Source of the DNA: an uncultured archaeon
Lineage (GTDB): Archaea; Asgardarchaeota; Thorarchaeia; Thorarchaeales; Thorarchaeaceae
NCBI GenBank assembly: GCA_964610875.1
Contig: CAZSWP010000006.1
Location: forward strand, 1-64,000
DNA length: 64,000 nt
Direction: 5' to 3'
Shown: in pieces, positions 28,204 through 37,887 of the stretch
How positions within the stretch are numbered: position 1 is the stretch's first letter
Layout: each line of letters opens with the position of its first letter
Notes under the pieces: generated by a model
What the model was told of the DNA's origin: nothing
Seen by the model: only the letters and a program-made list of their open reading frames with translations
Database searches by the model: none
Translations under genes and position numbers: made by a program

Positions 28204-28240
28204 TATTACTCTCAGTAATAAAATAGTATCTGCAGTAATA
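28204..28240. promoter_or_regulatory. Palindrome TATTACT-N3-AGTAATA with a second CAGTAATA half-site 20 bp downstream, between divergent mat and HTH-CBS genes
   Basis: Seen directly; operator role inferred. Confidence 0.5.
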
Positions 28241-28274
28241 TATTTACATAGCTGATTGGGATAGTTGGATAGAA

Positions 28275-28838
28275 ATGATAGTCACAAGAGAAGACCTTCG
28301 AAGGATGCGTATGGAGGCAGGATATAGTCAGTCAGATTTGGCAGATGTGGTGGGGGTTTCTCAAGCATATATCGCACGAATGGAACGAGGTGATCTGGAT
28401 CCCAAACTCAGTATAGTCCATGCAATCGTAGAAACACTGACAGGTCTGAGAAAATTATTGTGTTCTGAAATCATGACTGAGAATCCAGTAACCGTTGACT
28501 CACGTCAGACGATTCATGATGCTATTGAGCGGATGAAGGAGGGACACTTTTCACAATTGCCGGTTGTTAGAGGAAATAGAGTTATTGGTTGTGTGACAGA
28601 TGAGGATGTCTTTATGGCGAGGGGTTTAGACAAGAGAAGGGTTTCCGTTGAAGCTATCATGAATCCATTGGGAATTCCGACTGTCGAAGAAGAGACTCCT
28701 ATTTCAGTCATCCTTCCGTTATTCCAGACTTTTCAAGCAGTAGTGGTACAGAATCAGGGTCGGATTAGTGGAATCATCTCCAGAACTGACTTGTTGAAAT
28801 TAGGAAAACAAGGAATCCGTGTACGAGTATCCGTTTAG
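28275..28838 (+). CDS. XRE-type HTH transcription regulator with tandem CBS domains
   Basis: LRRMRMEAGYSQSDLADVVGVSQAYIARMERGDLDPKLS followed by FSQLPVV and GIISRTDLL. Confidence 0.92.
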   Translation: MIVTREDLRRMRMEAGYSQSDLADVVGVSQAYIARMERGDLDPKLSIVHAIVETLTGLRKLLCSEIMTENPVTVDSRQTIHDAIERMKEGHFSQLPVVRGNRVIGCVTDEDVFMARGLDKRRVSVEAIMNPLGIPTVEEETPISVILPLFQTFQAVVVQNQGRISGIISRTDLLKLGKQGIRVRVSV

Positions 28839-29038
28839 GAGTTGCGACATCAGGATATGAGCTTGCAAGAGAAGCATCTGATCGAACTGGGCGTGTAGAT
28901 ATCTCAGGTCTTGCCTAATCGACTTGATTACAAAGGATGCACATTATTAAAATGAATATCAATATTACATGCATTAATGTCAGATGAGAATCTCTTAAAA
29001 GGGCTCAAAACAACAGAAGACCGGAGTAGATTAACACG

Positions 29039-29695
29039 TTGGCACGCGAATTAGATATCATCGAGGACATCCGCGATGGGATCGATACCTTCGTGGAACG
29101 TTGGCAAAAGATCCAACGAAATTCAGTGAAATCTATTCAAGCAGTGACTAACACTCTTGTACAGATTGAACATCTCGATGGCCCACTAGGCAAACTTGAT
29201 GGCTATCAAAATATTCGTGAGAACACACGTGGAAAACTTCTTGTCCAGCTCTTTGACAATCTAGTACCATCTCTTGAGAATTCCATAAAGGATTTTACCA
29301 AGCTCATGAAAATGTTCGAAACACTCAGACAGAGAGCATCAACTATTCAAACATTTACTGAAAGCCTACGTGGCAATCTTGAAGAATGGCCAGAGCTAGA
29401 AGATTTGGTAGGCTTTCTAGATTTGATTATTTTGAGTGTTCAGGATATCTTGAACATGTTTGAAGCAGAATTCCTTGTCAAAATCACTATCTTCAGAGAC
29501 CTAGAGGAGAGTGGCGTTGAACTGGGTGTAGTGAGTAACTACCTCACTATTTGGACTGCCGAACCTAATATCGAACCACATGCACTTGAGAAGTTGATGA
29601 AGGACCTTGATGAACACTTCGACCTTTTACGAGATGTCTTCAGTGGTAAAACTGGCATCCGTATCCCGGATGTCTACAAGAAGGTTTCATTCTAA
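29039..29695 (+). CDS. Helical-bundle protein resembling eukaryotic CINP/C1orf109
   Basis: N-terminal ERWQKIQ helix and C-terminal ILNMFEAEFLVKITIFRDL...SNYLTIWTAEPNIE match the CINP-family pattern as I recall it. Confidence 0.65.
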   Translation: MARELDIIEDIRDGIDTFVERWQKIQRNSVKSIQAVTNTLVQIEHLDGPLGKLDGYQNIRENTRGKLLVQLFDNLVPSLENSIKDFTKLMKMFETLRQRASTIQTFTESLRGNLEEWPELEDLVGFLDLIILSVQDILNMFEAEFLVKITIFRDLEESGVELGVVSNYLTIWTAEPNIEPHALEKLMKDLDEHFDLLRDVFSGKTGIRIPDVYKKVSF

Positions 29696-29715
29696 TTTGC
29701 TTGAGATAACAGTTT

Positions 29716-32484
29716 TTATTTCATAATTCTCTTTCTCAATTCTTCGATGATTAGTACTAATGGTGAGATTGCTAATACTATTCCAATGTCATAGATTGTA
29801 AGGCTTGCTAATTGGAAGGCTGCAGTCAATGGGGGCAAGAGGAATAGAATGGCAACAAGAAAGATGTCTATAAGATAGACTAGTAATATCACCTTATTCT
29901 TTAGCAATCCAACTTCCAGTACCGATTTTTCTTGTGACCTACAATTCTGGATGCTAAACCACTGCATTACAATAAGACCGAGGAATATCATAGTGCGAGT
30001 TTTAATTTCTGGTTCTCCAATATAAATCAGATAAATTACAAGTGTTAGGGACATCATCAACAAGCCATAGAAGATTGCTAGAGCTGCATTCTTTCTAGAG
30101 AGAATTCTGTCTTTGAGTGAATTTGGTGGCCTGTCAAGTAGGCCTTCTCCCTTTGATTCCAGTGATAATGCCATGTCCAACATACCATCTGTGACCAAGT
30201 TTACCCATAGAATCTGCAATGGTAATAGAAGAACTGGATTTGTAAATAGCAAGAGTGTAGATAATATGAGGAAACTCTCGGAAAAGTTTGTCGACAATAA
30301 GAACAATACTACTCTCTTTAGACTATCAAGGATATGTCGTCCTTCTTCTACACCATCGACTACAGCTTGGAATCTCTCATCCTGAAGAATGATATCTGCA
30401 GCTTCTTTTGCAATATCCGTCCCTGTGATGCCCATAGCAATTCCAACATTGGCTTGCCGAAGTGCTGGGCTATCGTTCACGCCATCTCCATTCATTGAAA
30501 CAATATTCTCTCTACTTTGTAGCGCCTTAACGACGCGGAGTTTATGAATTGGACTTGTTCTAGATAGAATTGTGATATTCGAATTCACTGCTTCTGCAAG
30601 TTCTTCATCATTCATATTATCAATGTCATCGCCTATTATAGCTCGGTCTCCTCTCGTTTCGTTGTATATACCCACTTCTTTGCCTATCGCCTTTGCAGTG
30701 AACTCATTATCTCCGGTTATCATCATGACTGAAATACCTGCATTCTCTGCTTTCTGGATATATTCTGAAACTCCTGCACGAGGTGGATCATTAATTCCAC
30801 AAAAGCCTACAAATTGCATTCCAGACAGATCTTTCTCTGAAATATCATTTTGAGTTTCAGGAACCCACTTTATTGCACATGCAAGTATACGTAATCCTTG
30901 AGAAGCAAAGTCATTGGCAATCTCTTCTGATCTGGAGGGGTTTTCCAAAAATGTTTCAATGATTTCAGGAGCTCCTTTCACAATGATGAGGTTTGAATAG
31001 ATGTCATCTTCGACTCCTTGATGTCTGTGAAGTGTAGCCATGTATTTTCTTTCACTAGAGAATGGTATCTCAGAAATTCTTGGCCATGATTCATCTAAAA
31101 CATATCTATGTAAACCTGCCTTCTCCAATGCAACAAGTAATGCTCCTTCAGTAGGTGAACCTCTAATTTTCCAGATTCCCTCTCCTTGAAGACATCTTGT
31201 TCTAGGGTCTTTCTCATCTAAGCATTCATAATATAAATCCGAATCGTTACATAGAGCAAAAAATGAGAGGATGTCTTCTAAATCGGGAAAATCTCCCAAC
31301 AAATTTCCTTTGATTGGATTATCATTGTCAGCTGATGTCACAGGTTCTGAAAATTTTTCTGACCTCAGACACCCTTCTGGTCCACATCCTGCCAGATAGA
31401 TATCGCCTGAATTCACATCAAAGCCGGAACCGCTTACTTCATAGAAATGACGCGATGTGAAAATACGTCTGACAGTCATCTGGTTTTGTGTCAGAGTTCC
31501 TGTCTTATCAGTACAAATTACATTGACAATTCCTAAGGTTTCTACAACTCCTAGATTCCTGACAATCACGTTCTGTTTTGAAAGTCTGTACACACCCACA
31601 GAGAGGACGATTGTAATGATTGCAATGAGGCCTTCAGGAATTGCAGATACTAAGGCAGATAGCGAGAAGAGTAATAGTTCGATTAGGTCAATACCTCTGA
31701 ATAATCCCAGCAATACTGTTGAGATTAGAAAACCGAATGACAGTATCAAAAAGAAAATGCTGAGTCTCTTTGTTCTTACCACGATCGATGAGGGTTCTTT
31801 TTCAATACCCGTAATCTCTTTATTGATTTCACCTAATACAGTATAATTTCCTGTCTTCTCAACTAGAACTCGACCCCTTCCCTGGGTAACAAAGGAGCCT
31901 GCAAAGACCTTATTTGACTCCTCATAATAGTGAGGATTTTCTATCAGACAAATTACTTTCTTATTAATCGGGAGGCTTTCTCCCGTGAGTAGACTTTCAT
32001 CGACTGTAAGATTACGCTCAAATAATACTCTACCATCTGCAGGTACTTTTTCACCAGCTCTAAGTAGAAGAATATCCCCGGGAACAATCTGCTCAGAGAG
32101 AATTTCCATTTCCTCTCCATTCCTGATTACAAGTGATTTCTGTTCTATGAGTTGTTGTATTGATTCAATTGTTCTTTCTGCCTTGTATTCTTGAACAAAA
32201 CCAATTATGGCATTGATTATGAGAATGATGAAGATAACAATGGCATCGACAGCATGGTTTGCGAGAATTGATACAATTGCAGCAAGAATGAGAACATATA
32301 CTAATGGTGATCTGAATTGATTCACAAATAGTAATAGAGGATTGATACGTTGTGCTTCAGTCAATCTATTGAGCCCGTGAATTTGTAATTTTTCAACAGC
32401 TTCCTCACGATTCAATCCTTCAGGGTTTGACCCGATACTCAGTACACATTCATTGTATTCTATGTGTTGTTCTCCACCATCCAC
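29716..32484 (-). CDS. P2A-type cation (Ca2+) transporting ATPase
   Basis: VDESLLTGES, IPEGL, DKTGTLT, KGAPE, DPPR, MITGD, GDGVNDSPAL, STNFSE, WVNLVTDG. Likely GTG start at 32484. Confidence 0.95.
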   Translation of the reverse strand: MDGGEQHIEYNECVLSIGSNPEGLNREEAVEKLQIHGLNRLTEAQRINPLLLFVNQFRSPLVYVLILAAIVSILANHAVDAIVIFIILIINAIIGFVQEYKAERTIESIQQLIEQKSLVIRNGEEMEILSEQIVPGDILLLRAGEKVPADGRVLFERNLTVDESLLTGESLPINKKVICLIENPHYYEESNKVFAGSFVTQGRGRVLVEKTGNYTVLGEINKEITGIEKEPSSIVVRTKRLSIFFLILSFGFLISTVLLGLFRGIDLIELLLFSLSALVSAIPEGLIAIITIVLSVGVYRLSKQNVIVRNLGVVETLGIVNVICTDKTGTLTQNQMTVRRIFTSRHFYEVSGSGFDVNSGDIYLAGCGPEGCLRSEKFSEPVTSADNDNPIKGNLLGDFPDLEDILSFFALCNDSDLYYECLDEKDPRTRCLQGEGIWKIRGSPTEGALLVALEKAGLHRYVLDESWPRISEIPFSSERKYMATLHRHQGVEDDIYSNLIIVKGAPEIIETFLENPSRSEEIANDFASQGLRILACAIKWVPETQNDISEKDLSGMQFVGFCGINDPPRAGVSEYIQKAENAGISVMMITGDNEFTAKAIGKEVGIYNETRGDRAIIGDDIDNMNDEELAEAVNSNITILSRTSPIHKLRVVKALQSRENIVSMNGDGVNDSPALRQANVGIAMGITGTDIAKEAADIILQDERFQAVVDGVEEGRHILDSLKRVVLFLLSTNFSESFLILSTLLLFTNPVLLLPLQILWVNLVTDGMLDMALSLESKGEGLLDRPPNSLKDRILSRKNAALAIFYGLLMMSLTLVIYLIYIGEPEIKTRTMIFLGLIVMQWFSIQNCRSQEKSVLEVGLLKNKVILLVYLIDIFLVAILFLLPPLTAAFQLASLTIYDIGIVLAISPLVLIIEELRKRIMK

Positions 32485-32636
32485 TCTATCTCTCTCCCTT
32501 TTGCTATAGGAATTGTATTGCTTGTATTTCATTGTATGATAAAAAAACTCTCGAAATGGCATAAATTAGCGGCAGTCATCGATTTTTGATTGACTTGCTG
32601 AGATATGCATTGAAGTGTGGATAGCTAATGATTATT

Positions 32637-34298
32637 TCAAGAAGAATGAGTTGCTTGTTTCTCAGAGGATGCTCTTCTAGAAATTCCTGCCATTCTTTTT
32701 CTTGAACATAACTCCTCCAACTCCGACTCAATCTCACTTTTACATTCTTCATATGCGACTTCTGAAATTCCACCTTTTTCATATTCCGTATCATAGTATT
32801 CTAGTTTCTTTCTGAGAAGTTCCTCTCTTATCTCCAACTCTCTTAGTCGTGCACGTCTTTCTGCAACAATTTTTCTAAGCTCACGTTCAATTTCAAAGAT
32901 TTGCTCTTCAAGTTCCATCTTTAAACGTGAATATATTTTGGAATCGACCTTACCTTCAGTATATTGATCAACCAAATGAAGGAGTGCTTGTCGGATAGCA
33001 TTTCTTTCCGTAGTTATCTCTTGTGGCCTATCTTGCTCTTCAAGTAAATCCAATTTTTTAGCAATAAATGGTGTCGTCAAGCCTTGAATTATTAGACTCA
33101 TCATTATAACAATAAAAACAATAGAATTGATTATGAATCCAATTCGAGTGGCACTGATTCCTAAGAAATTCTCAACTTCTATCCCATACTCAAGAATAAC
33201 TGATACTGCGATTGCCGCAAGTGCAGCACTAGCTACACCTTTTACTCCTGCCCAACTGATTAGAAATCTGTCTTTCCAATCTACTGTTCTATCATGTAAT
33301 GTTACCAGAAATACCGATGCTGGTCTTGCGATAAAGATGACAAGTAATCCTACAATAATTCCTGTAAGCACAAGTGTGGGGTCTGCTGCAAGTGCAACAA
33401 TATCAAGTGTAAAACCAAGAAGAATGAAAATAGCTATTTCGAATACAAAGGAAACATTCTTTGTTACTCCCCGCATTGACTTTTGCGGCATCACATCAAG
33501 ACCAATCAAATTTGCGTTAGCCAAGAATATTCCCGCAAAAACACAAGCTAAAGCTCCTGGATGTACTCCTAAGAGAATCTGTGCTACCCATTCACCTATT
33601 CCATAGGCAAGTATTGGTGTTGTTGCAGTTAGTATCGCAATATTCGTGTCTTCTACGGTCTTATATACTAATCTTCCGATTCCCCATGCAACACCATATC
33701 CAATTACTACACCAAGTCCCATGCTCAAAACGAAATCAAGTAGAATGATGTACCATTCTTGATATAGAGGTGGAACAATCAATGGTTCATACACGGTTGT
33801 CACAAGAATGACGGCTGTTGCATCATTGAATACAGCTTCACCTTCTAACAGAGTGAAGAGTTTCCTTTTAACTCGGACACCCCCACTTTCGAGTACCGAA
33901 AACAGTGCTGCAGGATCTGTAGCAGACAATATCGCACCAATGAGTAAAGTGAGTCCTAGGACTGGTAATGCAAGAGTGAAATAAATGGTAACACCAGCAA
34001 TGACTGAAGTCAGTAGAACTCCTAGAGTCGCCAGCAAGACTATCGACGTCTGAGCCTTCTTTGTTTCCTTGAGATTCATTGTCAATCCTGCATAAAACAA
34101 GACTGCAGCCAGTGCTAACTGTGCAATGAAATCTATTCCAAATTCTGTTGGCAGAAACGAACCAGTGAATGTCTGTCCAAGGATTATCCCTGCAATAATC
34201 AGAGGTATCGGATAGGGGAATCGATACTCTTCTGCGAGTTTTGCTAATGCTGCTCCTGTTATTAATATGCCCGCAATCAGGTACAATTCAACTGCCAC
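32637..34298 (-). CDS. nhaP: CPA1/NhaP-type Na+(K+)/H+ antiporter with C-terminal coiled-coil tail
   Basis: ATDPAAL, EGEAVFNDA, ARP, WAGVKGVAS, IQGLT. Confidence 0.9.
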   Translation of the reverse strand: MAVELYLIAGILITGAALAKLAEEYRFPYPIPLIIAGIILGQTFTGSFLPTEFGIDFIAQLALAAVLFYAGLTMNLKETKKAQTSIVLLATLGVLLTSVIAGVTIYFTLALPVLGLTLLIGAILSATDPAALFSVLESGGVRVKRKLFTLLEGEAVFNDATAVILVTTVYEPLIVPPLYQEWYIILLDFVLSMGLGVVIGYGVAWGIGRLVYKTVEDTNIAILTATTPILAYGIGEWVAQILLGVHPGALACVFAGIFLANANLIGLDVMPQKSMRGVTKNVSFVFEIAIFILLGFTLDIVALAADPTLVLTGIIVGLLVIFIARPASVFLVTLHDRTVDWKDRFLISWAGVKGVASAALAAIAVSVILEYGIEVENFLGISATRIGFIINSIVFIVIMMSLIIQGLTTPFIAKKLDLLEEQDRPQEITTERNAIRQALLHLVDQYTEGKVDSKIYSRLKMELEEQIFEIERELRKIVAERRARLRELEIREELLRKKLEYYDTEYEKGGISEVAYEECKSEIESELEELCSRKRMAGISRRASSEKQATHSS

Positions 34299-34308
34299 TT
34301 ATTGCACC

Positions 34309-34938
34309 TCAGACACCAAATATGATCTCTGCACTCTCCTTCAAATAATCTGAAACATGTTCCAACTCTCTGACAATCTTCCGCATTATGTAGCAGATAA
34401 AATCCGACTCCCTTTGACCTATTGCTACAGATATTTGTCTACAAATCACTATATTGTCTTCATCGATTTCGCGTTCGAGTCTCATAATAATTTCTATTGT
34501 ATCACGAGCACCATCTGGATTTTCAATCATATCTCTCACAAGTTTTTTTGTGGATGATAGCATTTGCTTTACCTTGGATGTGATTGTTGATAACGAGTCT
34601 AGGTAGACTTCATCAAAATGCTCATCTCTAACCATATCGAGCATAATTAATACATGTGCCAATGTATTTTGTATCTTTAATAAATAAGAGAGAATAGCTT
34701 GGATAGCAATCCCCAGTTCATCTTTCGGGATTCTTTGAGAAATAGAGTATTTTGGGGTTAAATCCTGAAGGTGTATCGTCATTTTCTCTCTTTGTGTTTT
34801 CCATTCTTCAAATGCTTCTTCTGAATCACGGGATTCACAGAGTTTGTTTGAGATGAACCCAAAAATCTCTTCTTCTAGTTCAAGAATACTGATTAATTTC
34901 TCTAGGGTTTCATTTCTCGACAGAGTTTCTTCACTCAC
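34309..34938 (-). CDS. DUF47/PhoU-like helical protein
   Basis: RLEREIDE...RELEHVSDYLKESAE C-terminal pattern; GTG start at 34938 overlaps the upstream stop. Confidence 0.65.
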   Translation of the reverse strand: MSEETLSRNETLEKLISILELEEEIFGFISNKLCESRDSEEAFEEWKTQREKMTIHLQDLTPKYSISQRIPKDELGIAIQAILSYLLKIQNTLAHVLIMLDMVRDEHFDEVYLDSLSTITSKVKQMLSSTKKLVRDMIENPDGARDTIEIIMRLEREIDEDNIVICRQISVAIGQRESDFICYIMRKIVRELEHVSDYLKESAEIIFGV

Positions 34939-35197
34939 TCTTCTCATCCTCCGTAGAAGGCATTTGCCACGATAGGTCAAGAAGCACATGTATGAAATGT
35001 TTTCTAAGATTTACTTCAATTCCAGTTTCTATTGGTTCTCCAATTGGAACACTTATGAAGCCCTCTCGTAGACTTGGCATAGGAAGTTTTAGCTTATTAC
35101 CTTCTCTAATCTGCTCTGCTATATCTGCAAGCAGGTCTGCAAGTCTTGAAAGCGTCTTTTCTTCTTCAAACTCATAATCTTCTATCTGCATCTTCAT
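34931..35197 (-). CDS. Amphi-Trp domain protein
   Basis: Amphipathic helix LADLLADIAEQIREG, beta strands, and a terminal LDLSW. Confidence 0.7.
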   Translation of the reverse strand: MKMQIEDYEFEEEKTLSRLADLLADIAEQIREGNKLKLPMPSLREGFISVPIGEPIETGIEVNLRKHFIHVLLDLSWQMPSTEDEKSE

Positions 35198-35308
35198 TTC
35201 TCCGAGTGCAGTAGCTAGTAGTCAAAAAGAACAAACAATCCCTTTTTAGAGTACCCCTTTGATATAAAATTAGATGAATGTTTTAACAAAGAGTCATTCT
35301 TCCCAATT

Positions 35309-36500
35309 TCAAGTCATTCGCTTTCTTCGATATAGCTCTATGAGTACAAGACTGTAAATTACAACAGATATGGTCCCTGCAGTAATGATTAGACTGGTAG
35401 AATCAGCAGGTTCAGTAATTGATAGCATCAATGATTCACTCACCTCATTCTCAACCATGTCTGTAAAGATGAGAGTAATATTGTGGCTCCCTATCTCTAA
35501 AGCTCCAGTCCTGACACTGATTCTCCCCCCAACTGTTTCTTCTTCTTCGACAACAGAAGCATCATCAATTATCAAGGAATAGGAAAGTGGAAAGTCATCT
35601 TCAATGTACCATATTAGGAATTCTTCATCAATACCTCTCTCAATCAATGAATTTTGTGGAAGGAAGACTTCAGGTTCTATAGTATCTTCAAGTAATGATG
35701 GTGTATTATCAACACTGTGAGCAGAACCTTCAATCTCATAAACTCCTGTGCCCGAATAGTCTGACCATTCATTATTCTCCCACAGATTATTACTCCCATG
35801 GTCTTCAGCTTGATGAATGCCTAAATCCTCTAGAAACTGGGAATTCCATCCAAACTGATTTGATGCTATTGTGTTGTTCTCACAATATTCATTGAACTCC
35901 AATGCAGAACCATAATTATTATAGATACAATTCTTAGTGATTTCTAGATTGCTGCAACCACCAAAATAGAGTCCATAACTAGAATGAGCAAATGTATTTC
36001 CATCAAAGGATGCATTGTGGCATTGCTGGATGTATGCTGCATAATCATCAGCACCATAGAATCGATTTTCTTTTAGTACAAAATTATCTGAATGGTGAAT
36101 CCTGAGTGAGTTATATCCACCTTTCACATAACAGTTCTCAATTCTTCCATTCGTCAAATTGTAGAAACTGACTCCATCTCCTTCAATCATTGAAGTTCCA
36201 TTTATCAAACAATCCCTCACTACGAAATGAGAGGTAGTATTCTCGATCCTTATCGAGGTTTCTTCACAGATTATATGAAGTTCTTCAATAATATATGGGT
36301 GACTCTCATTTCCATGCCCTGAAAATCCCAATAGCGAAAATGCAGAGTCATTGCCAATTATGATTGAATCATGATTTGTATATGCCACTTCTACTTCATT
36401 CTTTTTGTTTTTCTTCATGTACTGTTGACAAATCAGGTAGTGCTAAAGAACCTATCAGAGTTAGTAAAACCAGAATTGTCTGTATTCTCCTCTCTCTCAT
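35309..36500 (-). pseudogene. NosD/right-handed beta-helix surface protein with C-terminal TM anchor; signal peptide separated by a +1 frameshift
   Basis: ATG 36500 (GGTGG upstream) encodes MRERRIQTILVLLTLIGSLALPDLSTVHEEKQKE* and stops at 36396. The body (GxGxExxPYIIE, PbH1 repeats, N.W..N.WSDY.G.G.Y.I.G) is in another frame. Removing one A from the AAAAACAAAAAG tract restores a continuous ORF. Confidence 0.7.
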
Positions 36501-36671
36501 CTATCCACCACGAATATTTTATATGTTAACCAGTAACAGGTTAATACAATATTCTACGAATTTAAACTTTCGTCTTCATATTTCCATTCCTCAAATGAAC
36601 CATTAGGCTTAATTGTGAAGCAAAGAACGCAGGTCTTGCCGCTACTTAGTAAACATCTAGAGGAAACTGAA

Positions 36672-37820
36672 ATGTCACATGATGAAGAAGAGATGGTTGT
36701 CACTCCTTGGGAAGTACGGGGGAAAATTGACTATGACCGTCTCATCGAAATGTTCGGTACTCAAAAGATCACCGAGGCTCTCAAGAAGGATATCTATAGT
36801 ATAACCAAGGAACACCACTTTATGTTGGACCGAGGTTTAGTCTATGCTCACAGAGACCTCGATTGGATTCTAAAAGAGTACAAGAAGGGAAACAAATTCG
36901 TAATATACACTGGGCGTGGTCCTAGTGGAGATGTTCATCTCGGACATCTAGTACCTTGGATGTTTACCCGATGGTGGCAGGAGAAGTTTAACACACGCCT
37001 CTACTTCCAACTCACCAATGATGAGAAGTACTGGTTAAAACAGGACCTAACAATTGAAGATGTGCACAAGTATACATTCAGTAATGCCCTTGATATCATC
37101 GCACTGGGTTTTGAACCTGAAAATACTTACCTGATAGATGACATCAAGCATATGGATCTGCTCTACGAACTGGCTGTTAGAGTTGCTAAGCGTATAACTT
37201 TCTCAACTGCTCGAGCGGTCTATGGATTTGATAATAGTATGAATATTGGGTTCATTTTCTATCCATCTATTCAAGCTGTACCGGCATTCTTGCATTCTTG
37301 GATATATGGTGAGAAGACCCCTTGTATCATACCCTGTGCAATTGATCAAGATCCATTTTGGAGGGTGACAAGAGATATCGCTGAGAAGATTGGTTACTAT
37401 AAACCTGCATCAATTCAGAATAAGTTTGTGCCTGGTCTGGGTGAAGGCGGCAAAATGTCTGCATCTGATCCCATGTCAGCGATTTTTACTACTGATACTC
37501 CAAAGAAAGCGAAAAAGAAAGTGATGGCTGCTTTCACTGGTGGTAGAACGACTGCTGAAGAACAAAGAGAACTTGGAGCAAATCCTGACATCTGTTCAGT
37601 CTTCATGTATTATCAATATATATTCATGCCTGATGACAAGGAACTCGCAGACATCGAGAAGAAATGCCGTTCAGGTGAGATTCTCTGCGGCGAATGCAAG
37701 CAGATTCTTGCACCACGTGTTATGGAATTTCTTGAGAAGCATCAAGCAGCACGTGAGGAAGCGAAGGAACGGGTTCATGAATTTTCAGCAGCTCGATTGC
37801 GTGATGAAATACGAAGGTGA
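36672..37820 (+). CDS. trpS: Tryptophanyl-tRNA synthetase (archaeal/eukaryotic type)
   Basis: VTPWEV, YTGRGPSG.VHLGH, AIDQDPF, KMSAS, AFTGGR, CGECK. Confidence 0.97.
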   Translation: MSHDEEEMVVTPWEVRGKIDYDRLIEMFGTQKITEALKKDIYSITKEHHFMLDRGLVYAHRDLDWILKEYKKGNKFVIYTGRGPSGDVHLGHLVPWMFTRWWQEKFNTRLYFQLTNDEKYWLKQDLTIEDVHKYTFSNALDIIALGFEPENTYLIDDIKHMDLLYELAVRVAKRITFSTARAVYGFDNSMNIGFIFYPSIQAVPAFLHSWIYGEKTPCIIPCAIDQDPFWRVTRDIAEKIGYYKPASIQNKFVPGLGEGGKMSASDPMSAIFTTDTPKKAKKKVMAAFTGGRTTAEEQRELGANPDICSVFMYYQYIFMPDDKELADIEKKCRSGEILCGECKQILAPRVMEFLEKHQAAREEAKERVHEFSAARLRDEIRR

Positions 37821-37843
37821 GAAGATTTCTCATCTTCTTTTTT
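37818..37843 (+). terminator. Short hairpin plus T-tract after trpS
   Basis: TGAGAA-GAT-TTCTCA then a T run. Confidence 0.45.
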
Positions 37844-37887
37844 GTCATATACTATCTTTGTGAACTAGAAACTGATCCTATGTTTGG

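Noticed and set aside
28836-28960. TAG readthrough (pyrrolysine) extending the HTH-CBS gene
   Set aside because: The protein is already complete at normal length, and the downstream peptide is short and unrecognisable.
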